Below are positions 52,781 to 64,000 of a stretch of 64,000 bases of DNA, piece by piece (the first letter of the stretch is position 1; each line of letters starts with the position of its first letter). This DNA is from Eledone cirrhosa. Lineage: Eukaryota. The DNA lies in contig OZ024742.1 in NCBI GenBank assembly GCA_964016885.1, forward strand, positions 217,682,001 to 217,746,000, written 5' to 3'. Position numbers and translations under genes: made by a program. Under the pieces are notes generated by a model. It worked only from the letters and a program-made list of their open reading frames with translations, had not been told where the DNA came from and ran no database searches.

Positions 52781-53705
52781 GACCGGGGGGGGGGGGGGGG
52801 TAGACAAGGGCTGAAACACCCCCACTTGCCGACTTTGTAAGGGGTAACCCCTGCTTACAAAGGTAGACGTAACTTTTTTATATATTTTTTATCGTTTCCT
52901 CTATTTCCTTCTTCCCCCCATCCCTTCCTAGTCCTTCCACCCCAGATCTCCTTCTTTGTCGTCGTTCTTTTCACCATCTCGCCCACCCCGATGCAGCCCT
53001 TCGGTCTTCTGTAGCCTCAGTACCATCACCCCCCTTTCTTATGATAGCATTGGCTGATTCCGATTTTTATAGCAGATGTGCTAAACCCCAGATACTTGCT
53101 TTCTTCTCTGGTTGCTGCCCCATTTCCGTGATTTCTAGATTTCTTAGTAGTATTTCTGCTTTAGTTTCTCGTATATCAGTATTTATTTTTTGGGATTCTG
53201 AATTAATTTTTCGTATTTGTTTTTCATATATATTGTACGAGTATTTATGTAGATTGTATTAGAATTTGTGTATTGTATTGTAGCAGTATTTATATATATT
53301 GTATTAGTTTTTTTATATATATTGTATGAGTATTTATGTAGATTGTATTAGAATTTATGTATTGTAGCAGTACTTATATATATTGTATTAGTATTCATGT
53401 TTCTGGATTCTGAATTAATATTTTGTATTAGTTTTTTCGTATGTTGGTCCTCAACTTGTTGACCTGTCATTGTAAGATAGCTTTGGCCGATTAACACTAA
53501 CTATTGTAGTGGTGGTAGACCCCCTGTAATGATGGCCTCATAAAATTCTTTCACTACAATCTCGTATTTAGTATTCCTTCCCACCTATTAAACTTTTCTA
53601 TAGCTTAGCAGTACCAGTGAGAGATTTGATGATTGTGGAAGGGGACTAGTAACCAGAAATTGTTTTTTTTAAATATTTTTTATATATTTACTCCATTTAG
53701 ATTTA

Positions 53706-53996
53706 CTTATAGGATTATTCCTACTATTTAAACTCACCGATATGTTTCCTGCATTCGGCGGTGGATTGTACCATGATGATGAGCTCCTTATCCTCAAAGG
53801 GTACAACCCCAGTAGTACAGACCGGGTTCGTAAACAATTAATCAGCTTCTTCCGCGACTGGGGATTTAAAATAACCCTACAAACGTCCCTAACTCGAGTA
53901 AACTTCCTGGACGTTACCCTTAACCTCGATGACGATCTGTACTACCCATACAGGAAACCAAGCGACAACCTGCACTACATCCACCGCCGGTCGAAC
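53706..53996 (+). mobile_element. Duplicated internal fragment of the Penelope-like element (copy of about 51622-51910)
   Basis: Near-identical sequence, flanked by ~125-bp direct repeats at 53591-53710 and 53994-54122. Confidence 0.85.
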
Positions 53997-54889
53997 TTGT
54001 CTATAGCTTAGCAGTACCAGTGAGAGATTTGATGATTGTGGAAGGGGACTAGTAACCAGAAATTGTTTTTTTTAAATATTTTTTATATTTTTTATATATT
54101 TACTCCATTTAGATTTACTTATTGTTTCAACTTCCTCCCCCTCCCCTTCTCTAGTATACTTTTTTAAACCTTCTATACACTATCCTTAGAATCTGCTGTA
54201 GTTTTCACTTTCAACGCTTGACTGGGTTTCCTCCACTCCCTCTCCCTCTTTCTTCTACTGGCAATTTCAGCTACCCCTACCTTCCACAAAATGGCATGAT
54301 AGAATCATGTGTCTTAACAACAAACTTTTGACTAATCCTTGTGACAATCACTTTTACCATATATGGAATTACGCCCTGAAAAGTTCGGCTATTCATTTAC
54401 CAGGCTAAAAATGTTCATTTAGTCCAGAATTAGCCGTCGAAACGGCTTGAGCTCAACCGTCGGGGTCCTACTTGTTCCTATATATATATAAAGAGATTAA
54501 CACAGATAAGTAGGACTTATTTCTAGCATTTACATGTTTCATTGCCTGCTGGAGGTTTTTTTCCTGTCTTGAAATTGCTTGGTTTAATGTCTATTATTGC
54601 GTCAGAATTGCTTAAGAAGGTATAAGACAGTCTGAGAGAGAGATTATAAGTGTGAATAAAATCCAGGCTAGTGTGGTTGGTAGTATAAGAATGTGTTTGT
54701 AATCTGTGTCTACAGTAGAGAACGCGTTCAATCCTGCAATTTAATAGGTTATTACGTGTAATAATATGATATAATTCCGAATTACATAAGACACATTTGT
54801 TAGTACTTCGCTTGTGTGTGCCAGCTGTGCCTGTATAAGTTTCCTGTATAATTGCGTAATTGCAAACGAATCGAATATTATTATTAATT

Positions 54890-55068
54890 TGGCAGTATCG
54901 GTAGAGGGTCGGACGCCATGCTTTCCAGCATAGTTACGTCCCTTTACGATCTGAGTTCAAATCCCGCCGACGTTGACTTTGCCTTTCATCCTTACGGGGT
55001 CGATAAAATAAAGTACCAGTAATGGATTGAGTAATTGCTGGCCTTGTGCCTAAAGTAGAAACAATTAT
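54890..55068 (+). mobile_element. tRNA-derived SINE, most complete copy in the window
   Basis: A box tggcagtatcggtag, B box gagttcaaatcc and core gcctttcatccttacggggtcgataaa. attattaat is present on both sides. Confidence 0.8.
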
Positions 55069-55352
55069 TAATATACAAAAAACTCAGATTACATTTATTG
55101 TATTCAGCCATGTAGAGCGTAATTTTTATATATTTTTTTTAATATGGCAAAGTCGGCCATTAATCGCTCATATACAGGGAACTGACTGGCTTGTCTGCTG
55201 ATATGCAAATCTTCCTGATCAGTGGATCTGCTAATTGCAGATCTGACTGATCAGCCAGTCTACTAATATGCAAATCAGGCTGATCAGTCACTGTATATTT
55301 TAGAAAATATCATATATTTTCACTAGCTCTGACAGTTGGTAGGTGAACAGTA

Positions 55353-55400
55353 AGCTGTACTGATGAAGGGTGATACCCAGAAACATTAGTGTCTGCAGTT
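55353..55400 (+). ncRNA. Type I hammerhead ribozyme motif
   Basis: agctgta CTGATGA a GGGT gat ACCC a GAA ACA ttag TGT C tgcagtt. All three stems form and the triplet is GUC. There is an A/A mismatch at the base of stem II. Confidence 0.65.
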
Positions 55401-55570
55401 CTGTTTACATGCCACGACAAGAGCAAGAATGAAGGGTTCATTCTACTGACATGGCTTTAAAAAAGAGTCTGTTTGAATAATTGCAAACAAATCGAATATT
55501 ATTTGAAAAACTCAGATTACATTTATTGTATTCAGCCATGTAGAGTGATAATTTTTTATTTATTTATTAT

Positions 55571-55610
<40 letters not shown>

Positions 55611-56149
55611 GCGTGTGTGTGTGTGGGGGGGGGGTATATATATATATATAGGTGTGTGTACATATATATGTATGTGTGTGTATATTTATATATGTGTGTG
55701 TGTGTATATGTGTGTGTGTATATATATGTATATGTATATGTATGTATATATATATATATATCATCACCATCATCGTTTAACGCTTGCATGGGTTTGGACG
55801 GGAGTTTTCCCACTTGAGGCAAGATTGGTTGTCTTGCTCGTATAGGACTGTCTGGCAGGTTTTCTACGGCTGGATGCCCTTCCTCACACCAACCACGTTT
55901 ACAGTGTGGACTGGGAGGTTTTTTACCGTGTTACCTACACGACCACATCACAGCGTGGACTGTGTTTTTTTGTCGTGACACCTACACGATCTCATTTGTT
56001 TCGGACCGGATGTTGTGGTACCAACATAACTTCACATTGAAGGGGGTGGTGGGGATGGGGTGGGGGTAGTGGGACGGGGGTGTATTTTTGTTAGAGGTGC
56101 CTACTGACTGTAGGTTTAGCTTTGTACATATATATATATATATATATAT

Positions 56150-56664
56150 ATGGCATACGTCAAGACGGGCGGTCTCAAAAGTGAAACTAATTTTTGACAT
56201 ATGTGTTTGTGTGTATATATGTGTTTGTGTGTATATATATGTGTCTGTATATATATATATATATGTGTATGCGTATATATATTTATGCACACATACACAT
56301 TTGTATGAATTTGTAGATGTATATATATATGCATGTACATCTACAAATTCATACAAATGTGTATGTGTGCATAAATATATATATACATACACATATATAT
56401 ACAGACACATATATATACACACAAACACACATATATACACACAAACACATATATACACACAAACATATATATACGTCTAAACCCATGCTTGCGTGGAAGA
56501 TAGACGTTAAACGATGATGATGACACAAACATATATATATACAAACACACATATATATATATATATACATACACACACACATATATATACACAACAAATT
56601 CACAATCGTAAAACTGTCAAAAATCAGTTTCACTTTTGAGACCGCCCGTCTTGACGTATGCCAT
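56150..56664. mobile_element. MITE-like element with 50-bp TIRs and a palindromic microsatellite interior
   Basis: atggcatacgtcaagacgggcggtctcaaaagtgaaact.atttttgaca at 56150-56199, reverse complement at 56615-56664. Confidence 0.75.
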
Positions 56665-57784
56665 GATAAACTTGGGAGATAATAACAAAGAGAGGACAAG
56701 ACAACAAACAAAAACAAGGCAGATACAGAGAGATTCATGCTTCTGTACGTATATCTATATGTGCGCATGATCAACCGGATGTTCTCTTCATTCTGTCTCC
56801 AATGTTTTCTATGTAATTTCCTCTTAAGTTATCTTCATCTGTCGAATAATCCATATAGCATGGAGCATAGAGTTATATTTATCTACTATAATATATATAG
56901 GGAGAAAGAACAATTGTAGTATAAAGACAAAAAGAGAATACTGGTAAATATTCTCTATTCAACACTACGTACATCTACTATCTCTGATTTCCCAACAATA
57001 GCTGTGAATAACTCGAGGTATTTATTTATCTTAAAGTTGTTTTCTTTATTAAATCGTCTTTTTTAAAAAATTATTTTGGAGTGTTAGGGGTATCATTGAT
57101 GGTAAATAAACCTTCATTGCAATAAAGTAAAAGTAAATCCACCGATCCGACGTACCGAATGCTTTGATTAAATGATTGTAAATAATGAAGTGAATGAAAA
57201 AAGGTGGAGTTTCAGAATAAGTATAAATGCCAGAATAATAATACAATTTTTTAAAAATATTTTTGGAATTCTACATTTTGAACATGGACATTTACGATCC
57301 TCCCCAAATCATTAAATATCTCAATTCCTGGGAAAATTTAATTTTTGGCTATTATTATATCAAGAGACCTTGCTTAGTTCTTTGGAAATAGTAGGTAGGA
57401 AAGCTGTAGTTTAATGTGAGCAAAATTTGGCTGCTATTTCTAGTAAGTCGAAGGATGACGTAGGGATTCATTTGTCCAGAAAGGCAGGAGAGATTCAATA
57501 GTAATAAAATCAAACTGAACGGTTTAAATCTATTACAATAATTTTCTTTCATCTTTATCAAACATAGTCCAGTACTGGGGTCGATTCTTCCTCTATAGGA
57601 AAAATCGGTTGTGTTCAGATCTGGAGAGGGTTGGGCTCCTCCAGGTTTATAAGGAGTTATGGGATCTTTATCCTATATATATATATTCTTAAAAAACTAG
57701 GCCTAGGTATCATTTTCGAACTTAACTCTAAAAAAGCAAATTTCTTAGATGAAACTTTCAACCTAAACACAGGATTAATAGAGC

Positions 57785-59895
57785 TATAGCGAAAGTACTG
57801 GGTTGTATGAATGTAACAAAACGAGACATGGTTTGTGTATATAATATTTAATTAACGGTAGATGGAATACTTGACATGTCAAAGATAGATGTTAGAATGA
57901 AACAAAGTTAGTAGTTACCGTTTTGATTGCCAGGCAAACGTGGCTGGCAGAGGGCGCCTGGCTAAGGCCAGGCGCCTGTTGGCCAAATTAATGGCAGAGC
58001 CAAATGAGAAGACTCTTGACCTGGTGCCGAAAAGGCAAAGAGAGAGAGAAAGGAAGCTTAAAGTTGTTAGTTTTATAGGGCTCTGACCGGAAGTTGCAGA
58101 AAGGGTTCCACTTCCCGTCTAGATCCCAATCAAAACAAGGGAGACAACCGCTACATAACCTCCCGCCAGAATTTTAGTGTATAAAAATCGAAATGAAAAT
58201 ATGTAGCAAGTTGGCGAGAATGTTGTAACAGGCATGAAAATTACGACAAAAGAATGTTTGGAAAAAATCAATGATAGATATCAAGGTAGCCAACCGCTCT
58301 TGGCCAGAGAACGACTGGACATCCATCTATCCATCACCCAAAGATACAATGTAATAAAGTAAAAGTAATAGAAGAGCTCAAAGTTCAAAATATAGTTCAC
58401 AGGTGTGCAATCACATGACAGCAGGAAAGAAAGTGTGTTCCAGAGAATGAATGCAGGTGGTTTCTGTTCTGTGGTATATCGTGAAATTTCCAACCTCCGA
58501 ATGGATTTTCTCACAGGAAGAGTGCTGCAAAAATGAATTCTCTGGCTTTGGTGAAGCTGTATTGATGTATTGCTGTTGCTGCTGCTGTTGTCTCGCGGAG
58601 TGAGCGTATTCGGTGTTTAAATTCACAGTAAAAAAATTTTTTTAAGAAAAAATGAGTTGCGCAAAGTGCTAGAAATAGCAGCCGAAGTTGATGGTCGATG
58701 TTGAGAATGCGTTGACCTGGAAGGGTCAAGAGGCCAGCGACCAGAGAAATAAGCATTCTTAATAAATGCGCGGTTATCAACTGTAAATTTACATTGTAAA
58801 TTTATAAACCGGCAAATAGAAGAATATAGCTTAAGGCTGAAGAATCCCTGGTGATAAATGGCGTGCGGCTGTCTGTGAGTGGAGACATCTCTGTGAATCG
58901 AGAATTTGTGCTGCCTACACGTGCCAATACAAGGTTGAAAAAAAATAATATTTCTAACGCGCGAGAAAATGATAGTGCAATGTTGAAAGTGACAATGATG
59001 AAAAAGAAAGGCTTCACTCAGCATAATTATTGGTGTGAACTTTGGAAAAAAAAAACAAAAAACTTGAACGATGAAGAAAACGATGAACAAAAAGGCAATG
59101 GTTCATCGAAAATAAATGTTCCTGTTGAAATGTTTTTTTAAAGAATATCAAATTTCTTTTTTTTTTTTTTTTTGTTTTGAAGGAGTTCGTTGTAAGAAAC
59201 GAGAAACATATATATATATCGTGAAATGTTTTTTTTTTTTTTTGTTTTTTTTGTTTTGAAAGTGTTCGTTGTAAGAAACGAGAAACATATATATATATAT
59301 TGGTGAAATGCGACAGTTAATTGATGCGTGAGAGAAAAAGTCTGTCTGTGCGAATTCCACATGTGCGTGTGTGCGTGTCCTTGAGTATTTTCATAGTTTG
59401 TCGCTAAATTTGCTGTGTATTCGTAATGTTACTCACAAAACCAGATGTGCTATTTTTTTCTTTTTTTGGGGGTGACCACTTATAGCGATGAACGGCTGCG
59501 TGTTCGTATCACGTTAAGGTCACCAATATAGCGAAAGTACTGGGTTGTATGAATGTAACAAAACGAGACATGGTTTGTGTATATAATATTTAATTAACGG
59601 TAGATGGAATACTTGACATGTCAAAGATAGATGTTAGAATGAAACAAAGTTAGTAGTTACCGTTTTGATTGCCAGGCAAACGCGGCTGGCAGAGGGCGCC
59701 TGGCTAAGGCCAGGCGCCTGTTGGCCAAATTAATGGCAGAGCCAAATGAGAAGACTCTTGACCTGGTGCCGAAAAGGCAAAGAGAGAGAAAGGAAGCTTA
59801 AAGTTGTTAGTTTTATAGGGCTCTGACCGGAAGTTGCAGAAAGGGTTCCACTTCCCGTCTAGATCCCAATCAAAACAAGGGAGACAACCGCTACA
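57785..59895 (-). mobile_element. Young non-autonomous LTR element (TRIM/LARD-like, Gypsy-type)
   Basis: LTRs 57785-58155 and 59527-59895 are nearly identical (one substitution and one 2-bp indel seen). 4-bp TSD GAGC, PBS TGGTGACC next to the right LTR, PPT-like ggcgggaggtta next to the left LTR. No gag/pol recognised in the 1371-bp interior. Confidence 0.92.
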
Positions 59896-61664
59896 GAGCC
59901 CTTCCATAAGAATAACGAAAATCTAGCCTACATTAGTTACAACTCAAATCACCCCCGATCCATAATTAACTCCATAGCACATAGTATATCCCTCAGAATA
60001 TCCCGCCTATCTTCGAACCTAGAAATTTTTAACAAACACGCAAACTATTATAACATAGCTTTACATAAGGCTGGACATAAGGAGAAGCTGGAATACATAC
60101 TAGATAGAGACAACAACAACAAACCTAATGGCATCAACACTACCTGCTCATACAGAAATAACAAGCATAGGACTAAGCATAGAATTAGACAACGAGCACC
60201 AAAAATAACCGAACAGAGACACTAATGTTAGGACCCCAAAAAACTATAGAAGATCCAGAGAAATAAAGTACCTATGGTTCAATCCAATATTCAACTCCTC
60301 TATAAAAACTAAACTACCTTCTACATTCATTAAACTAATAGATAAACACTTCCCTACACTACACAAATACCATAAAATCTTCAATAGAAAAACTATAAAA
60401 CTTTCATACTCTACTGCAGCCAACATAGAATCGTACATACGTAAGATCAACCACAAAATATCTCTAAAGAAATGAACCTACCAACGCGCACCATAGCACC
60501 AAATACAAAACACAAACACATAACAACATCACAACAAAACATTAATAGGCCTAAATCACAACCCACCTACAACAACTTGCAAAACCGCAACGACGAACCT
60601 GTACAAAATAAAACCTCAAATTGTAATTTCCACCTACCAGATAAGTGCCCACTACGAAATAGATGCCTGGATTCGAGTATGGTATACCTGTATACTGTGA
60701 ATTCAGGCAACTCTACCTGGCACTACATAGGTTCCACAGCTGAAAAGGTGGTATGTTCACAGACACTCCATGAAGAACCGTGCACTGGAGAACTCTACAA
60801 CGCTCGCCAATAAAATCTGGCAGCTTAAGGACAAAAACCTAGAATATAAGATTAGCTGGTCGAAATTATCAGTAGCAAAAGCCTACAGCAACGGTATGTC
60901 CCACTGCGGGCTTTGTAATTTAGAACTACTACATATTTTAAGGTACGATAGGATGCTGTTTAACAACAAAATAGAAAGATCTATTTTCTGTAGGCATAAA
61001 ATAGCTACTAGATTTATGAACTTCAAACCACCATGATTTGAACCAGCAATCCCAAAATTAGTACTGAACCACCTAGATTTTAACATAGAATATATACCAT
61101 CGCACCGCTATTAGCTATCAAACTGCCAACTGGTCACTGGATCATAAGTCTCTGTACATTTCTTCCACCCTCTCTCCATCAACCCCATTAAGATAGAACA
61201 ATCAGCAAAACATTTACAACAAGCATTTATCAAACGTCCCGTCATGCCTAGCCCATAAATATAATACATGTATACAGCAATTAATCTCTAATTTATTGTC
61301 TTTTCTTTTATCGGACCCTCTACACGTATTTATCTACATCTCAAATCTGGTTTCTCATGTTAGCACCAATGAATCCTTATAAGAACACTAACTCAAAAAC
61401 TACTAATATCTACTTGCACTCTCTCACTCATTTATTTCTTTATATTTTCCATTTCCTTATTTTCTTATTATTTTTTAATGTACCCTATCTTATATTTTAC
61501 TTTTTACTTTTTACATCTGTAACTTCTCTATCTATTTACCATACGTGTTTTATTATTGATGTTATTGTTTTAATTATACGCTATTTTATTATTGATGTTA
61601 TTGTTTTGTTTTACGCTACTCCTCTATATAAGTCTTGCCTCGAGTGAATTATTTTCATATCTAC

Positions 61665-61775
61665 GTGCTCTGATGTGTTGACCAGTGGTAAACAATGTAT
61701 TGGAGATCGATTGACGCAACCTCAAGCGATTAGCGATCTCTAGACTCACCAGATCAATGAAACAATTGTCAGTAC
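61665..61775 (+). ncRNA. Hammerhead-like motif at the 3' end of the Penelope-like element, core variant
   Basis: gtgct CTGATGT gttga...tcaat GAA ACAATTGT C agtac. Stem II is long and the core has an A9-to-T change. Confidence 0.5.
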
Positions 61776-61824
61776 TTTAAATAAAGCCCTTATTGTACAG
61801 CCAACCACGTTACTCTTCTTTTTT

Positions 61825-61862
<38 letters not shown>

Positions 61863-63391
61863 GAGAAGTAAGGTTCTATACAAAACAGTGGTTATAGAGA
61901 AAAAGTGAGGTTGGAAATAGCATGGAAAATATATTTTAGGGTCTGTTTTTCTTTTTTTTTCCTTTTTTGGATTTGTGAAAGTGACATTATTGAAAAAATG
62001 AGAGGGACGATTCTTTTAAAAAACAGTTTTATAATGTATATAAAGTATTACCGATTTCGATGTATTATTAAAATTCATCTTATCAAATGTTGAGTATTAC
62101 AATTAAAAAGAGTTAAGAATTAAAAACTAAAAATTAAAGATTTAAAATTAAGAAGTAAGTTTTTTTAATCTTCCTTGTTGAAAAAGAGACTATGCAGTTG
62201 TACAGAAGAGCAGCCTTCCCTTGCATACAAACTTAAACCTGCAGACAGGAGGCACCTTTGAACCCAATATACACCCCACACACCCTACTCCATCCTCCCA
62301 TTTCCGTCTACTGTAAAATGGTCGTGTTGGTGACAAGACAAAAAGCACCCAGTCCACACTGTGAAGTGGTCATGTAGGAGACATGGTAAAATGGCTCCCA
62401 GTCCACACTATAAATGTGGTTGGTGTTAGGAAGGGCATCCAGCTGTAGAAAATCTGCCAAGGACAGTTCTATACGAGCGAGACACGGTCTCTTAATCAAT
62501 CCCACCTCAAGTGGAACAAATCCGTCCAACTCATGCTAGCGTGGAAGATGGCCGCTAAACGATGATGATGATATATATATAATGCATTTATATGCATACG
62601 TATATAATGCATTTAATTAATCAACAAGTGTTCAAAGTTTTCTTGGAGACATGTTGATGGTGGACATCTCCCATCTCACACCTCCTCCCAAGTAGCTTTT
62701 CCTACCTGACTATATGATATGTTCTAATGGAGGCTAATCACAGGATTCCCCACATGTAGCTACCCACTTTTCAACACTTTATTAAAACTCTCTTTTCAGC
62801 CTTATCTATGGTTGTGAATCTCAGGTAATGACAAAAGAATTCATTCGCAAGAGTGAGTCTCACGAGCTGGAATGGCTTTACCAGCGCATCTCCCTCACTA
62901 TCCTCTGGGGAAACGTATCTATTCTGTCCACTGGGGCCATGGGGCGGCCAGCGTGTGGGCCCCCATTTTCTGGTAATAATGAGAGATGGGGGTAGCGGGA
63001 GAGACGTAGGCGATGACAGTGGGAGTTTGGTTCCTCTGTGTTTGGACCTGGTGTACATGTGTATGTGACTGATTTCTTATAATAGCCGAACGATTTCCAG
63101 CTGCCATATATGGAAAATGAAGTTTTAAAGTTATTTATATCGTCATCATTTCAAAGATATGATATGTACGACATTTGATATGTACGACATTGTTATTTGT
63201 TTTATCTATGTATTTAAACTACCCTGTATATCTACCCTGTATTATTTCTTTATTGTTTCAGAGTATCAGATGATATTGGTATTAAAGAATTCTTTACATC
63301 AGATACATCATCAATATTTCTCATCTTTTGAAGACTATAGGAAGACATTATACAAAGCAGATATTAAAAAGGAGTTAAAAAAAGAGAAATT

Positions 63392-64000
63392 ATGGTAAAT
63401 GAATTACTGAAGAAAGAGGCTAAGATTAAAACAGAACCTGAAAGAAATGATTTTCCAGATGAGGGTCTGAAAGAGACAGAAGAAACATCATACGATTGTG
63501 ATGACTCTGGTAAACCTTTCTCCAAAGGATATCAACTCACTGCTAATGAACATATTTTTACAGCAGAGAAGCGATATCACTGTCTCATCTGTGGTAAATC
63601 ATTCTCTCAAAATTATGATTTAAGTAAGCACAAACGTATTCATACAGAAGAGAAGCCATATCACTGTGATATTTGTGGTAAATCATTCTCACAAAATGGT
63701 GACTTAGCTAAACACAAACGTGTTCATACAGGTGAGAAGCCATTTCAGTGTGATATTTGTGGGAGATCATTTTCTGGAAAAAGTGACGTAACTAAACACA
63801 AACGTGTTCATACAGGAGAGAAGAAATATCTCTGTGATATCTGTGGTCAGTCATTTTCTCATTCAAACACTTTAGTTAGACATAAACGCATTCATACAGG
63901 AGAGAAGCCATATCACTGTATTTTCTGTAGTAAATCATTCTCTAATAACACTCACTTAATAAATCACATACGTACTCATACAGGTGAGAAGCCGTATGAG
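63392..64000 (+). CDS. C2H2 zinc-finger protein, partial (runs off the window end)
   Basis: Manual translation gives [43 protein letters not shown]..., then 5 complete fingers with no stop before 64000. The upstream region is nearly identical to 25060-25840. Confidence 0.93.
   Translation, partial: MVNELLKKEAKIKTEPERNDFPDEGLKETEETSYDCDDSGKPFSKGYQLTANEHIFTAEKRYHCLICGKSFSQNYDLSKHKRIHTEEKPYHCDICGKSFSQNGDLAKHKRVHTGEKPFQCDICGRSFSGKSDVTKHKRVHTGEKKYLCDICGQSFSHSNTLVRHKRIHTGEKPYHCIFCSKSFSNNTHLINHIRTHTGEKPYE

Larger units (their letters stand above)
57680..61800 (+). mobile_element. Penelope-like element, 5'-truncated and decayed, split by the LTR insertion
   Basis: The frame ANFLDETFNLNTGLIE|PFHKNNENLAYISYNSNHP is continuous across the insertion. 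WFNP, IKLSYST and GIY-YIG WHYIGST follow. Confidence 0.85.

Noticed and set aside
54520-54612. Possible minus-strand hammerhead (CTGACGC...GAAACATGTA)
   Set aside because: Core A9 is missing and stem II does not pair.
55473-56774. Many ORFs rich in Y, I, C, V, H and T
   Set aside because: Translations of (TA)n, (TG)n and (CA)n microsatellites.
58281-59362. ORFs inside the LTR element
   Set aside because: Low complexity, with no gag, protease, RT or integrase motifs recognised.

Overview
AT-rich, repeat-dense eukaryotic DNA, most consistent with a coleoid cephalopod such as Octopus. That assignment is inferred from the tandem C2H2 zinc-finger cluster and the repeat families present. The backbone is a tandem array of paralogous single-coding-exon C2H2-ZNF genes on the + strand: 3243-4520, 25838-28201, 42124-43485 and 63392 to beyond the window end. 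They share a splice acceptor and a uORF; upstream blocks are shared by the last three genes and 3' UTR blocks by the first three. A fifth 'ghost' unit at about 11.6-14.2 kb keeps the 3' flank but has no coding exon. Between the genes lie decayed RTE-type LINEs, Penelope-like elements, tRNA-derived SINEs, a Helitron fragment, Gypsy remnants and a young non-coding LTR element. The most notable observations are: (1) a 1.7 kb foldback element (21082-22781, 8-bp TSD) whose two ~770-bp arms each carry an apparent captured first exon of RMND5/GID2; (2) several minimal hammerhead-ribozyme motifs, including two ~430-450 nt terminally redundant retrozyme-like units and a cluster of inverted hammerhead pairs at 33.7-34.05 kb; (3) a 1005-bp, 12-finger internal duplication and a fixed finger cassette shared by all ZNF paralogs; (4) an LTR element whose PBS matches about 32 nt of tRNA-Trp. 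All calls were made by eye, and TE boundaries are approximate unless a TSD is given.
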